NCBI GenBank assembly: GCA_001643675.2
Contig: LSRY02000020.1
Span: forward strand, 186,001-250,000
Source of the DNA: Monocercomonoides exilis PA203
Taxonomy: Eukaryota > Protista > Preaxostyla
Length of the DNA stretch: 64,000 bases
Direction of reading: 5' to 3'
Each line of letters starts with the position of its first letter. Positions within the stretch are counted from its first letter, which is position 1. Of this stretch, positions 48,276 through 62,700 are shown one piece after another. Under the pieces are notes generated by a model that was not told where the DNA came from, did no database searches, and saw only the letters and a list, made by a program, of their open reading frames with translations. Made by a program: the position numbers and the translations under genes.

Positions 48276-51200
48276 TCAAACAGAAAAATACTCATCGTGC
48301 ACCTCGACAAAGTCCTTTGGGACCGAAGGGAACGGCGGCAGCACATCCACACGGTCAGGCGCTTCAAAAACCCTCTGCCTCGCCCCGCCGCCTCCTCCAA
48401 ACATCCTTCCCTGCCCAATCTCTTTCGGCGGCAAAAGTGGAAACTTCGATGACTTCTGCGTCTGGCTGCTGTCTCCACTCTGCCAGGAATGCTGCCCCGG
48501 CAGCCACGACGACTGCCCTGTCGACTGCCCTGTTGAATGCCCCTCCTCGCTCTTGCCGAGCGAGCGAGCCCAATAGTCAGGCGCTGTTGAGCCCTTCGAC
48601 TGATACTGACTGCTCTCCAGCGCATATGAGATGTTGTCTGTCGAGTGATAGTCCATCTTCTGCCCCGACCCCAGCAGCCGCTGCTCCAGCCACTCTCCTT
48701 CCCCGTCCTTCGTGTTTTCCACAAACTTCGATGTTTTCATCTCCCTTTCTGCCCCGCCTCCGCCACCCTTGCTCCCGTTGTTGATCCCCCACACCCGCAC
48801 CCCGCCTTCCTCTGTCTTCGCCTCTGTCCCCAGCCCCGCCAGCTTCTTCCTCTGCCTCTGCCGCATCAAAACCACCAGCACCACCCCAACAACCCCCACA
48901 CACACCAGCGGTATCGCAATCCCCAGCGCCACCCCAGCTCCCCCTTTTTCCGCCCTTTGGGCGCTTCTGGATCGTCCTCAGGCACAGGCGGTGGCACCTC
49001 GGGGAAACGCCTCAACTCTGTCGAAAGCTTGTCTCCCTCCCCCACCTCTCCCACCACCCCCAGTACTGCACACTGCACCCCACCCACTCGTCCTCCTCCC
49101 CCTTCGCCACCTCCCCCACCGAAACCAACGCCTCTGCCACTTCGCTGCTCCGGTGCAATGTGAAATGCAGCCCGCCAACTGTCTCCCTCTCCCCGCCCCG
49201 CTTCCCCCGCACAATCGAGAACGACGTCATGCAGTCCATCAGATTCGCCCCGCCAAACACAATCACGCACCTCCCCTCGTCTCCCTTCACCCGGCTCAGG
49301 TTCGCCTCTGCCAGCTCTGCCACAAACATCGTCGTCTTCGCTCCCTTTCCCCATTCCCCTTCCACCGAGCACCCCTCGTTCAGCAAGAACAGTGATGGCG
49401 CTTCCTTGCTGCTCCCATCCCCTTTCTTCAGCGACTCTATCCGTATCCTCCCCTTGCTCCCGCACACAATGTTGTGCCTCGCCTTCCCAAACACCCCAGC
49501 CACAGGATCATTCTCATAGAACGTTCCCTCCGAGATCGTCACATCCCCTCCACACTGCGAAAGCCCCCCAAAACGAGAGAACGACAGCTCCACCTTGTCC
49601 AGCTCTGCCACACATTCCCTGAGAGAGACCATCGAATGGCTCCACCTGCACACCCCTGAATCCCCTGCCTCGCCAAACCCGTCTCGCACACCCGATCTGG
49701 CCTGCTCGCCTGATTCTTGCTCTTCATCCAATGCGCTGCTATCTCTGCCAATGTGATGTGAAGACGATTGGCGCTGGAAAGAAGAGCTCGCAAAGTGTTC
49801 TTCCGTGCTGCGCTTGCCCAGTTCCATTTCTTTATCTGCTCCTCGGATCGCAACGTTCTTCAGTGTGGCATTCACATTCTCCAGCTGAATGTAATAGCCA
49901 GCAAAATTATCGTCAAAGCAGTCTTTCATCGTCGAATCAGAAACTTCAAGTTGCGCATATTCCTCTCCTTCCTTGTGCTCTGGGGCTGCAAACTGCAGCA
50001 GACACGGCTTGCTGCCTTCCACCTTTGCTATCTTCCTCACCATCAGCGACGACAGCTTCGCTGCCCGAACACTGCTCCCCACACTGAAAAGCGGCGAGTC
50101 CTCGCAATTCCTGCAACCCTCCACAACAACCTTGCTCGCTTCGACGCTGCTGCATCCTTCAAACGTGAACGGCGAGACAATCCCCACCGGCTTCTTCATG
50201 CTCTCCACTTTGCTGAACACCATCCCTGTGATCTTCACATCCTCCAGCGTGGCCTTCCCGTTCAGACACACCAAGAATGCTCCATAGCACACCCCTTCCC
50301 CATTCTGCCCCGCCAAAGCGTTGCTCGACGGCTCCAGCGACACACTCCTGATCCTCACTTCTGTGCACCTGCTCACAATCAGCGCCGAGTGCGACTCTGT
50401 CTTCGCGCTTTCAACCAAAAACCCGATGTGCTCAATCCCAAGCGTGCCGTCTGCTGCGATCAGCCCTTCCTGCCTTCCAGCAACCGCCTCCTTCACCACC
50501 ACACGCGCCTCTTTCTCCTCCTTCACGCTCATCTTCACCCCGCTCGCATCCAGCTCCCGATCCACACACGCCTTCGTCACAACATAAAGCACCGACCTCT
50601 CGCTCGGCAGAAGCGACCCCAGCCCAAACCCAAACGTCTTGCAAGGGCTCCGCTCGTTCCCGCACCCCGACCCGTCTGCCCCGTCTTCCCCCACATACAC
50701 CGTCGTCCGCATCGTCGTGTTCAGGTACTTCGTGAACAAGTCCTCAAAGTCCTCCTCCCCCGCCTTTCGGTCCGCACTCCCCGAGATCGAATACGCCCCA
50801 AACATCGACCCAGGCGTCTCTCGGTCAAACCGAAACCGCAGGGGAACAATGTTCGTGCTCAGGTCTGCACAGCAGATGTGAATCACGTGCTTCACGGGCT
50901 TGCTCGTTTTCGCAAAAGTCAAGTCGCTGAACGAGAAATAATACTGAACTTGCTCCTTCATCGCAACCCTCCCTGCCCCATCCCTCTCATCCCCAGGAGC
51001 TCCCCCACACAGCAGGTAGATCCCTCTCCCAATCGAATTCGTCTCATAATCGTTGTCGAATTCGCTGCTGCTCACTGTGCACAGCCCTTCAGTCCCAAGC
51101 ACCAGCGAAAGGACTGCTCCGATCTTTGAGTATGTCGAGAACGAGTTGATGAACCTGCACCCACTGATTGTTGTCACATAACCCCCAGGATTGTCCTGCA

Positions 51201-53541
51201 TCAGCTCTTCCTCAAATGAAATGAAGCACGGAGGACCGCGGGAGTACTGAACGGTATTGATGGTGCAGTTCGACATGCTCATCGACCCCTTCATCTCCGA
51301 AAACCGATCCCCCAACCCGCCAAAGTGATTCGTCCTGGTGCACAGCCCTGAACCTGAGCATCCCATCCACTTCCCCTCTTTCCATTCTGCGCTGCTGCTC
51401 AACTCAGTTTTCCCTGTGACAAATATCAGGCTGTGCGAGGCATTCGCGCTTGTGTGTGCATTCAGCCGCGTAAACCTCGCACACACACTCGGCGAAATCT
51501 CAAAGAACCCGCCCTCTTTGTCCATCCACGCATCAACCTCAAAGTCCTCCACTTCCAGGTCGCCTCCACAAATGCTTGCAAAGCACACAATTTGGTTCGA
51601 GCCAGAAGAGAAAGGAGCTGCGTTCACCGAATCTGCCATCCCCTCTGACGACTTCGGGTCACTGTATTTGCATGCCTTCAGCGATGTGTGCTCCGCCGAT
51701 GGCGTTGCATACACAACACACTTCGGCTTTGATTGGCTCACCAGCTGCTTCGGCAGAACAATCAGAAGCCTCTCGAGATAGACGCTCTTCGTCACTGAGA
51801 GAACCCCTTTGTTCTCTCCGCTGTCAACAGAGTCCGAAATCACAAACCGATCGTAATCTTCATTCTGAGCTGGCTCGTTGGGATGCGCTGGTGAGCATGC
51901 AGACAACGAGAACGATGACGGAAAAGAAGAAGAAGAGGAGGAAGGAAAAGAGGAAGAATCTGACCCTGACTCTGATCCTGATCCTGAATTTGACTGCGAA
52001 TAAGTTGTGCCCTTGAACCCCTTGATCCGAATCGACGCAACAGCCACTGCCTTCGAAATCTTCGACCGCGTGTGAATCACAACTGTCGGCACAGCATCGC
52101 CCCCGCCGCTCCCATCCAGATGGCTGATCCCGTAGTCGATCGTGGAGCACTCCACCCCGCTCCTCCCGCACCCGTGCCAGTCCCCTTTCTCCTGCTCCTG
52201 CACGTGCACTTCACCCACCAGTATCCCCACAACATCCACCAGGCTTCTCCACTCGTCTGCCTGGTCATACGTCGCCCCGCACACAAACCCACTTGTCGTC
52301 GACTCCGGCCCCTTTTCCGGATACTTCGTAAACACAACCTGGTTCTTGCACAGAAACGACAAGTCTTCGCAAAACACATAAATCACATCTGCCACCCCGT
52401 TCCCGCAGCTTTCCGCACAAACATCCTTCAGCAAAAACGGCACCACGCTCAGCACATCGTTGCAGTGCATGTACAGCACGCCCCCGCCAAGCGTCCACTT
52501 CTTGCCCGAGCAGTTTGTGAACACGCAGTTCTCCATCTCCACTTTGCACTCAACCGTCTGCCCCGACAACCCACCCTGCCAGCTGCTTCTTTCCAGCCCC
52601 CCGATCGTCGTCCCAAACACCCCGCCGTTCGACTCTTCCGACACCACCTTCTCAAACGTCGAGTCCTTCACACGCAGCGTAATCGGCGTGTTTTTGTCAA
52701 CATCAACCATCACAGACGATTCTTTGTTAAATTCTTTCAGGTTGCGGATCGTCGTCGATGTAATGTTGATGTCCGCATACTTCAGGCCAAGGGCAGAGGG
52801 AAACAATAAATAAATAAATAAATAAATAAATAAAAATAAAAGCAATCAGTAGCGGACATGCTCACACGCTTGCGAAAAGCAAACAACGGCACACCGTCAC
52901 ACTCTTCACAGCAATCACAGAATGCTCAGAAAATCCATTCAGGTTGTTCGAAAACCCAACCAGCGTCAGCTTCCCAAACGCAACATAAAATACATTCATC
53001 TCCTGGTTCGGCAGCTTTTCGTACGAGCGCGACCCGATCGTCAGGTTCTTCCCCACAAACCCGCTCATGCTGTTTATCGTTTTCCCTTCAATCGCAAACC
53101 AGCTCCTCGGCCCTTCGCTGCTGACGCTGCTGATGAACATGTCGTTCACCACAAGCTCCGACAAAACCCTCATAAAGCAGTCCCCCTTCCTCATGTCCAG
53201 CGAAAGCTGTGTCGAAGGGGTGGTGCTTTGAATCACAACTGTCTTCCCCTCGATTCTGACGTCTGCCACCGTCTCCAGCACTGTGTTTTTTTTCAGTCGC
53301 AGATGCAGCTCCGTGCTTTCCTTGTCCACCCCGACCGCATATGCAATCGTTTTGCACGCCGGGTGGCTTTCGAGCCCGCATTCTGCGTCGTTTTCCACCC
53401 CGTCGTCCGAGACAGCCCGCTCCCGTTTTTCCTGAAACAAATGCCCCTCGGCAATTAAACAGAGCAATAATGAAAAAAAGGCTGGCAAACAGCGCGCGCC
53501 ACAAACAGGCACAGCAGAATGACAAAAACTTTCAATTCCAT
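48276..53541 (-). CDS. Type-I membrane beta-helix-like protein (copy 2; 1-nt frameshifts in G-runs at ~49060 and ~48943)
   Basis: Mirror of 4842-10108; intact where copy 1 is frameshifted and vice versa. Confidence 0.85.
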
Positions 53542-56278
53542 TCGCACTTCTCGCCAGTTGCGTCTTTCTGTCTCTGAAATATGCTGTGCAAAATATAAAA
53601 AAAATCTAAAAAAAGCAGAAAGCAGTGCTGCGTTAATGCACCGGAAGCGCCACCTCAAAAACAGTCATTTCACACTTTTCTTTGATCTTTCACACTTTAT
53701 TAATTGTTTTGATAAACAAGCCAAAAAAATGGAATGAACGCAATCACTGCCGATGGCATCCGCACATTCGCATACAAGAATGCCATTTTTCTGATAATAT
53801 TTATTGAACCATTCGACACACAGAACCCACAAAACATTTCGAATTCTTGAATGCTTCAAGAAAGTTCATTTTTGTGTTTTTTTCATTTGCATTGATGGCA
53901 AAGAAAGGCACAAAAATGGAAAAAGAAAAATATATGGTTGAACACGAATTGTTTGCTTGAGGGTGAATTGCTTTTCTTCCATCTGATTTTCATTGAAAAG
54001 TGCATTTTTTCAATCTTTCTGAATGCTGTTTTGAGCAAGAGACAAGCGATTGGGGCAATGAGAAAGCGAAACATCATTGCATGTGTGGAATACTATTTTT
54101 TTTACAATTACGTTTGTTCACTGATTCTTATTTGACGCTGTTCATTTTTTTCATTGTGATTGTTGCCCAAATCAGAGAATGGAAAATGAGCATTGCTTGA
54201 GTGAGATGGCAGATAGAATGCGATGTTATCGGGTGCATTGTAACATCACTCAAATAGATTATTATTCTTCTTGGATGCTTGTGATGGAAAAGCTTTTCAA
54301 AAACAAAAGCTTGGAAGAAGCGATTGCAAATGAGCTGTATTTTGGATTCGTTGTTGAAAAGGATGGAATGGAAGAGAAAGATCGAGGAAAAACGGAAGAA
54401 AGTTCTTGTCATGAAAAGCTGACTCTTTTTTAATATCAATAGCCACTTTCAATCGTGAACATTGTGGAACGAAGAATTTGCTTGGCTTATCAGCAGCATT
54501 GAGGGTGTGTTTCGAGCAGTGAAGGACAATTTTTGAGATGTTTGCAAGAAGCACATTCATATTTTTAAAATGTTAGTAGAAAATAGAGTTGTGAAAGTTG
54601 ATGACTTGTTAAAAGGAAGAGCCGCCTTTGCCTTTTTGGGGGAGTTTTAGCAACCAACAGTGATGACAAAATTGCGAATGATGGCTTGCCATCTTATATG
54701 AATGTTTCGAAGCGATTGAAAGGGGGAAATGGAAGAAAGGGAGGATGAGGCAAAGCGAACAGAAGCGGAAAGAAAAATATTTTTGTAGGATGGAAGAAGA
54801 AGAAGAAGAAGAAAAAAGGTTGAAAAGGTACCATCACAAGGTTTCATGAAATGCTGCCATATTTTGCAGAAGAGTGCTTCTTTTCATGGCTGTCAGATGA
54901 CTTGCATGATTGCTTTGTGCATCTGTGAAGCGACTGTTCACTTCATTTCCATTCATTTCATCATCGTCTCAGAAAGGAAGAAAACAGGAAGAAGAAGAAG
55001 AAGAAGAGATGAAATGAAAAGGAATGAAAAGGAATGAAAAGGAAAATGAGAAAATGAAAAAAATTTAGTCTGAATCAACATTTTCAGTTGGACATGAAGA
55101 TTATTCAACAAAAGTTGCCTATTCTCCATTCACTTCAGTCAGTTTTGCCATTGCTATCTGCCAATTCGACTTCACTCGCACACTCACTCATTCGCACAGC
55201 TTCTATCTTTATCTCATCAAGCATCATCACCACTTTAATTCCCCTTCTTTTTCGAATGGGATGGCAGCATGCAACTCAGATTAATTGGCACTCAGTCACT
55301 TTTTACACGATGAATGAAATGGAAGTGAAAGGCGGTGAAACAAGATTTGGCTGAATTTCACAAAAAGATTTCTGACAAAAAGAGAAAGAAGAAAATTCAG
55401 AACTTATTGTTTTGAGAAGATCACTTCAATGAAAGTGTTTTGAGAATGGAAATATGATCTATTGAAGGGAAGGATGAATTGCAATTGACAGAGAAGAGAG
55501 AGAATGAAGATGATGGACAAAAAGGCAAAGACATCTTCACATCTATCGTATTTTCTTTTCTGGCCAAAAAACAAATGAAAAGACAATGAACACTTTTGTT
55601 GCTGATTGGAAGAGAAGGAAAATATGAAAAGAAAGGGAGAGAGCATTTGACTGCGATTGATATGTTTCAGCCAAGAATTTTTATGAATGGCAATAACATG
55701 TCTTTTCTTCCTCGACATATTTTGCTGCTTAATTCCATGCTGATGATGTTGATGTCTGGATTCTGCAACAGACATTTTTTCTTTCAAATCTTCTCATCCT
55801 TCGCCTTCGTCTGTTCCTTCTTCTCGAATTCGTTGAAAATGCTGCAAGATTGAGAACAAGCAGAACAAACCCGAGAATGCAAGAGGCGATAACAGAGCAA
55901 ATGAGCATTCAACTGAAAACGAATCTTTTTGAAGAAGAAGAAGAAGGGAAATTATTCGTTCAAAGAGGATTCTGATATTGGAACTTATTGAAAAGAATTT
56001 TCATTTTTCTTTTTTTTTTTTTTTCTTTTTTTTTTAATGAATAATAAGTTTTTATATTCTTTTTCTCTTTAACTTTTTTTCCCTTTTTTCTTTTATTATT
56101 TTGGTTTATTTTATGTTAATTTTGATTTTTATTATTTATTAATTTTTCATTTTTTTGTCAGTGGAAAATTGATAAAGGAAGTGACGAGCTTTTTTTTCAC
56201 ATCACCCAGTGTTATTTTCAACTCGAGTTTAATCAAAAAGACTTATATTTCGCACAAAGAGTGCAACTTGTTGTTAAA

Positions 56279-56640
56279 TGGGTCAGAATTCTTGCATTTA
56301 TGAAAAAATGGGTCAAAATTTTTGCAATTATGAAAAAAACTGAGATTTGTTCCAAACTTTTTCAACAATCATTTCATTATAAATCAACCATATCAATGCA
56401 AATAATTCCAGAAAAATTCAAAAATTGAGAAAAATATTTGTAAGAGAAGAATGGAACAAAATTCATGAAGCTAAAAATTTTGCCCAGATCGATGATTTGT
56501 TACAAACAATTTCTACATCGAATAATTGTAATTCTTGCATTCTCATGAAAAATAAAACATTTAAATATTAAAAAGTTGAGGAAAATATTTGAAAGCATTG
56601 AGTGGAACAAAATTCACAATGCATAAAATTTCGTCCCAAA
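56279..56640 (+). mobile_element. Tandem/nested copies of the ~185-bp MITE-like repeat
   Basis: ATGGGTCAGAATTCTTGCATTTATGAAAAAAT at 56279, a diverged unit at ~56309-56490, and a close match to 29857-30005 at ~56493-56640. Confidence 0.6.
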
Positions 56641-56694
56641 TATCAACAAAATTCAATCATTTCCCATAACAAAAAAGAGAAAAAAAATCTATTT

Positions 56695-59425
56695 ATGAAG
56701 ACGGATTATCAAAGCTATTTTGCGATATCACGTCATAAATTATTTTTTCTATTTTTCGTTCTAGTTTCATGCTTAATATTATTAGTTGTTTGTCTTTCTT
56801 TTTTTTGAAATAAGTGCTTTTTGATAAGTTTGTTATTTTCACTTTTTTGACATTTAGCTGCCCGTAATTACGAGCTGGTTTTTGCCACAGCAATTTTCTT
56901 ATTTATCTTTTAGTACGTGGAATTGTCCTTCTAATGTATCTTTGTTTGATAATGTTGAATGTGATGGAATTGACCTTTTACACAATCCACTTTCTGAGTG
57001 GCATTTTTCATCATTGACTTTTTCATTGCCCGAGCATTTGATATTATATGCATTCCCCATAAGGGATAGTCTGTCAACCAGTCTCAATTTTCCATTAACA
57101 TTTAATATATCTTCCGTAATGAATGAGCAAGGAATAATGAACTCTAAAGAATTTGAAACCATTGTCAGATGTAATAAATTTTCAGAATGCGAACCAGTAT
57201 GCTAATTTAATTGTGAAACCTGTTTTCATTCGTTGTATTTAGCTTCCAATTTTCAGAAAAAAGGAGCTTCCACTAAACTTGACAATTCAATTGATTTTTA
57301 AGACCGAAACATATTCTTTGTACGCTCCACATTTACAAGATCTAATATTCAGCTGGAGATTTGACAACCCAACTTTTGATAAAAAGACTGTGTGAATGAA
57401 GTTATATATAATTCATGTATTTTACAAAAAACAAAGTGTATTTTTCGATATTCATATCTTCTTTGCTCTTTTTCATGTATCCTTATATTTTCCTTTTCTT
57501 GGTGCATTACAACTGGATGCAATTTTGGTTTTTTTTCAAAACGTCATTTGAGTGACCGTTCATTAGGACTTACTCAAAAGTATTTATTGGGATTGATAAT
57601 CAGTTCATGTATTGGATGCAACCCCTTTTGTGGAATTGCTCTTTCTGGGAGAAGCATTTTTGGATCTTTAGCCGATATCTGCTTTGTTATTGTTGGATGG
57701 AGTTTGTGGATAATATTTATTGCAGAGCTTCTTTCTGAATGGAAACGATCCTTGGCAATAAGGAGACTGACGATAGGACTTACAAGTTGGAAAAACGAAC
57801 GAGCAAAAGAACTTGAAGATCGGCAAACAGTCTGTGACCGCATTAAAAATGGAGATGCTGAACCTGGAGTTGAAAAGGATCATGAGAGAAGCTTGGAAAG
57901 CCAATGGGAAGACGAAGAATTGAAGGAATCCTTTGATTTTGGACGAAATGGAAAAATAACTGAGAGCACAGAACGCGCTTTTTGCATAAAACATTCATGC
58001 AAGTCAACTGCTAGAGTAGTTGTGACAACAATTGGGCTTGGAGCAATTCTTCTCCTTCTTTCTGTTTCAGATGTTTTCGACAAATTCTACAAACCTGACG
58101 TTCAAATAATTGGTGCAATGCCTGTGAGACTTTTTAGAGCTGCAGCTCTGATTCTCTTATTATTGCTTGTTCTATGGCTTTTGCTAAGTGGGATGCAAAT
58201 GGCACATACAGTTGGATGCTGTGGCTGGAAAGTTGCACAACTTGAAAATGAAAATTCATATTCTTCATGGAGCCTTAAGCGACAAAGGCAGAATGAAGTG
58301 TTTGGATTTCGCTCAGGGGGTGGTTCATTTCGAAGGCTTCAAAAAAGCAGCTCTTCATGCTGCAGCAGAATATTTAACAAGGCTGGTTCAATTGATAATG
58401 ATGGAGAAAAGCTGTCATGCAGCGAGATGATTGATGGAGAATGCGTAATAATGTGGGTCGTACTTGTTGATGTAATTGCTGTGTTGGGATGCATTTGTGC
58501 AATGATCATACTAAAATGGATGGAAACAGAGCACGTCATATTCTTTGATGCACTCCCTCCACCTCAAAAAAGGCGCTTTGTGCGGCCGTCTGAATCCAGT
58601 GCAATTCAAAGTTATTTGTTTTCTACAAGTTCTTCCTCCATACGCAATCAAATTCCTTCGAATCATTCGATACTGGAATCCTCAGCAAGCATTCTTCATT
58701 CATTATCCTCAGAATTCATTGAACCACCACCTTCTCCGGATTATTACATGCACTATTTGGAAGATAAGTCTTTTTCTTCTCCTTCAGTTGTATTCTACTC
58801 TCTTTTTTTGAGCGCCAATGCACTACTCACATTTCTGACATTTTTCCTTACAGTTTTGCTTTCTCCTTCTCCATTCCGTGCCAAACAAGATGCTCGCCAT
58901 CCAGATAACTCAGAATATCACACGCCATGGGATGAAGAAGAGCTTCGCTCTTCAGTCAAAAGGAACAATCAAATAGAGAATGAAAATAGCTCCGACATTC
59001 CAGCTGAAGACCCTCAGATTGAAGATGAATTGAATCACGTGTCAAATATTAAATTGGTTGAAGAGGATTCTATCAAACAAGAAGATGATGAAGAGTCAAA
59101 AGACGATGAAGGATTTACGAAGAGCTCATCGAAGATAAGCTTTTTAACAAAAATGATGCAAAGCAAGGCTGCTTTGTCCGAAAGCACCAAAAACGGAGAG
59201 CTTTCTGAAAAAAAGCAAAATGATGAAGGAAACGAAGAGGAGGACACAATTCAAAATAAATACGGAATTGCCACAACTGTCGAGATTGGAGGAGGCTTCG
59301 GGTTAGACAGCGAAACATTTCTGGATGACGAAGAGATACTTAAAAGCAGAGAACAAGCAGAAGATGATTTAAATGAAGATGAAAATGACAGTGAAGACAA
59401 TTCAGAAAGCAGTGATCATTCATAA
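56695..59425 (+). CDS. Multi-pass membrane protein, TMEM181/Wntless-like, ~855 aa with acidic tail
   Basis: Exons 56695-56787, 56858-57196, 57243-57389, 57437-59425 join in frame. N-terminal TM, luminal loop with C-x4-5-C, then NPTF...IFRY, QKY...NPF and the last TM ending LLSPS resemble TMEM181 motifs as I recall them; needs HMM confirmation. Confidence 0.6.
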
Positions 59426-59729
59426 GAACTCATATTTAATAGCGTTGATTCACAATTGACATAGCAAGATCTAGCGTATCACTTCTGATTTGGCTGAATA
59501 TTTGATAGTCAGCTTTTCTTTTGTTATATTTTTTTATTAGAATCCAAAAAATATTAATGTTTTCCATTTCACTTGTTTGATTCGTTCTTCTTATTTTTGT
59601 AATTATGTTGAATTGACAATAAAACAAATATTTCTCCCACTAAATAAAAAGAACTCAACTTTCACAAAGAAGATAAGAAAGATACATCTTAACAGAATAA
59701 ACAAAGTTAATTAACAACATACAAACACG

Positions 59730-62700
59730 TCAAAAGAATGTCGATTCGTCTTCATTTTCCTCAGTAACATTCACTAATTTTGCTGGAGTTATCAATTTTT
59801 TATCTATTGGCGTTGAAATCGAAGAAAATGTGACTTGCTTTTCTTTTGATGCAACTTTGTCCTGCGATGCGTTATCAGAAGATGTTGCTGGCGATGCCGC
59901 TGAAGAAGAATGTTCCTGACTTCTTAAAGATCTGTTCAACGAAAGTGACGATCGAACTGATTGCATTTGCTCGCGAGACTGACGAAATACAGATTGCAGA
60001 TGATGCTTATGAATTATTATAGTTATATATCCATAAACAAAAAAAAAAAGAAAGAAAGAAAAGAAAAGAAAAAGAAAAAGAAAGATTATTATTGATTCAC
60101 AGAAGTTTATATCAATATCAAAGAATTATGTTTTAGAAAATGAATCATTTCGTTTTAAAAAAAAAATAGTTGAAAAACAAAGGATAAATTCAATCAATGA
60201 AAGTTAGCAAACTAATTTTGATTCTAAATTGTCAGAGCTTGTGGATGTTGCTCTGTCTGTTTTTGAAGGAGAGTTCTCTGCTCTCGAAGCCGCGATTGAT
60301 GAGCTGGAACGTTGAGAAGGCGGAACCCGCGGAGATGTTGAAGAAGACGATGAAGTGGATGGAGTCAGCGAAGGAGGCAATGCAGGTGATTGAGTAGTTT
60401 GTGAGGGAGTGGAAGCAGACTGTTTTGTTGAAGGAGCGTTCCCAGTCGAAGCAGAAGGAGTGTTTTCTGTTCCAGAAGGAGACACCAGAATGTGGATGCC
60501 GGTGGGAGAAGTCTTCTCGTATGGATTCGATGACTTGGCGACGTGTGGAGAATGAGGTGTGTTGGATGTGGTAGAGGATGAGAAGGATGAGGATGAGGAG
60601 GATGAGGAAGAAGAAGAAGATGATGATGATGGAAGTTGTGATAATGGAGTTTTTCCTGTATTCGGATCTTGAGCAGAGAAGGAGTATGAAGACTGCTGAG
60701 GGACAAACGAAGAAGTCTGAGGAATCGACTGAGGTTGATAGCGTGTGGAAGGATTTGAAGGTGTTTGCTGTGGAAATGAATGATGTGGTTCAGGAAGTGT
60801 TTGAGGTAAGTTTAGATTTATTGGAGCAGAAGGCGAATGAGAAGAAGAGAAAGCACGAAAAGAAGGTCGCGATGAAGGAGTTGCTTGATCCAAAAGAGAA
60901 GAAGAGGAAGAAGAGGAAGAAGAAAAAGCAGAAGAAGCTGGAAAGAAATTGCTTGATGCATTTGATTGATTGCGCTGCACGGATGAAGCAGATGGACGAT
61001 TTCGCATGCGAGGTGTATCAGATTGAAGAGAAGTTGCACTCACAGGCGCGGAGGAAGGAAAAAATGGATTTTGAAGAGTTGAGCCTTGAGAATAAGTCTG
61101 ATTGCTAATTCCAATGGAATTAGCAGTTGAAGACATAGCTCTGTCCTGCTGAGGTCTTCGAGATGGTGTCGAGTGAGCATTCGCAGAAGCAGAAAAAGAA
61201 GTCGAAGCAAACGGGACTGAAGAAGTGGTTGAGTGAAGTGGGGTTGACGGAGTTAATAAAGAAAGGAGAGAAAGAGGAGGAGCCGACGAAAAAGACAACT
61301 TTGGCTGTCTAAATTCTCTTTCAGCAGCCAATTTTCTGTCTTTCTCTTTCTCATCTTCGTTTTCTCTGAGCAATTGCGCAATCATATCTTCATTTACCCT
61401 TCTTTGTTTCTCTTTCGCTTCCTGCTTTCCTCTATCAGCATCTACTACATTATAGCCCTTTTCATTTTCCACTTCTTCAACTTTGAAAAAATCGTTTTCT
61501 GAACGTTTTCTACTTGTTGAAAGATTGTCTAATGTTTTTGTTCTTGAAAGTGTGTCTCCTTGAAAAGATTCAGCAAAAGAGGCAATCGTGTGATTCATTT
61601 TCACCAAAGCCAGCTCATTTTCTTTCTAAAAATTCGCGAAAAAAAAAGAAAAAAAAGAAAAAGAAAAAGAAAAAGAAAAAGAAAAAGAAAAAGAAAAAGA
61701 AAAAGAAAAAGAAAAAGAAAGGAAAAGAAATATTTTTAGTTTATGCAAGAATTTAAAAATAAAATATTTTAAAAAAATAATTTCTAATTTTGAGGTTTTT
61801 TTAAAACAAAAATTTGGTCAAACTCTAATCATTTCATGACATTCTATTTGAAGCCTTTGCATTTCTTTCAAGAATATTGCTTCTGCTGCAGCTTCCGCTC
61901 TTTTTGTGATTGATGAGCTGTCAGTTCCAAAATCTCTTTGGATTCTCTTATATTCAACAGATATACAAAAAGGAAGTATAAAAGTTTAAAAAATTCAAAA
62001 AAACAAAAAATTTGCAAAAGTTTAAAAAAAAAAGATTTGATTATTTGCGCACATCTTCCCAATTGCGTATGCTGTCGTTCATTTTCTTTTCAGTAATTTT
62101 TTGGCGAGATTCGCCAAGTTCAATATCTTTTTGGATCTTTTTAACCGTTTCGTTAAGTGTAGATAAGACTGACTATAAATATATGAGATACAAAAGACAT
62201 TATATCTCCATATTAATCGAAAATGCATACAATGCTTTCTTCTTGAAATACTGAAAACTTGCCTGAAATCTCATCCAATTGCTTTAATAGCAAAAGAAAT
62301 ATAATTTTGAACAATAGAATAAATCACAAACTTTTTGATGAGATGCATTATCAACTTTTTGTTTCAATGCATACACAACTTGTTTCTTTCCTGCTTTCTG
62401 TGAAAGAAGCTCTCGAAGTTGAGTATTTTTCTCTTCTAAACGACAGAATAAAATTAATTTTAAGAAAGGGTATACCAAATTGAAACATTACAAACCCTCG
62501 GCCTTCAAAACAGAGTTTATTTGATCAATATCTTTATTGAGTTGACTAATTTTTTGCTTCAGCTGAAATAAAACGTACGAATGTACTTATAAAAGATTAA
62601 AAAGAAAAACGTTAATACACACAAATGTATTTTCTTCCTGTAATTTATTTGCTGTTATTTCAAGTTCTTGAGTTTTTCTTTCATTTGTTTCAATTTTTTG

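Larger units (their letters stand above)
43641..56015 (-). repeat. Right arm of ~12.4-kb inverted segmental duplication
   Basis: Reverse complement of 2367-14740; ends in a T-tract at ~56010-56035. Confidence 0.98.

Noticed and set aside
2367-56015. Whole structure as a Polinton/Maverick, giant transposon or viral genome with long TIRs
   Set aside because: No integrase, transposase, pPolB, ATPase or capsid genes seen; content is intron-bearing host genes; no TSD at the outer ends.
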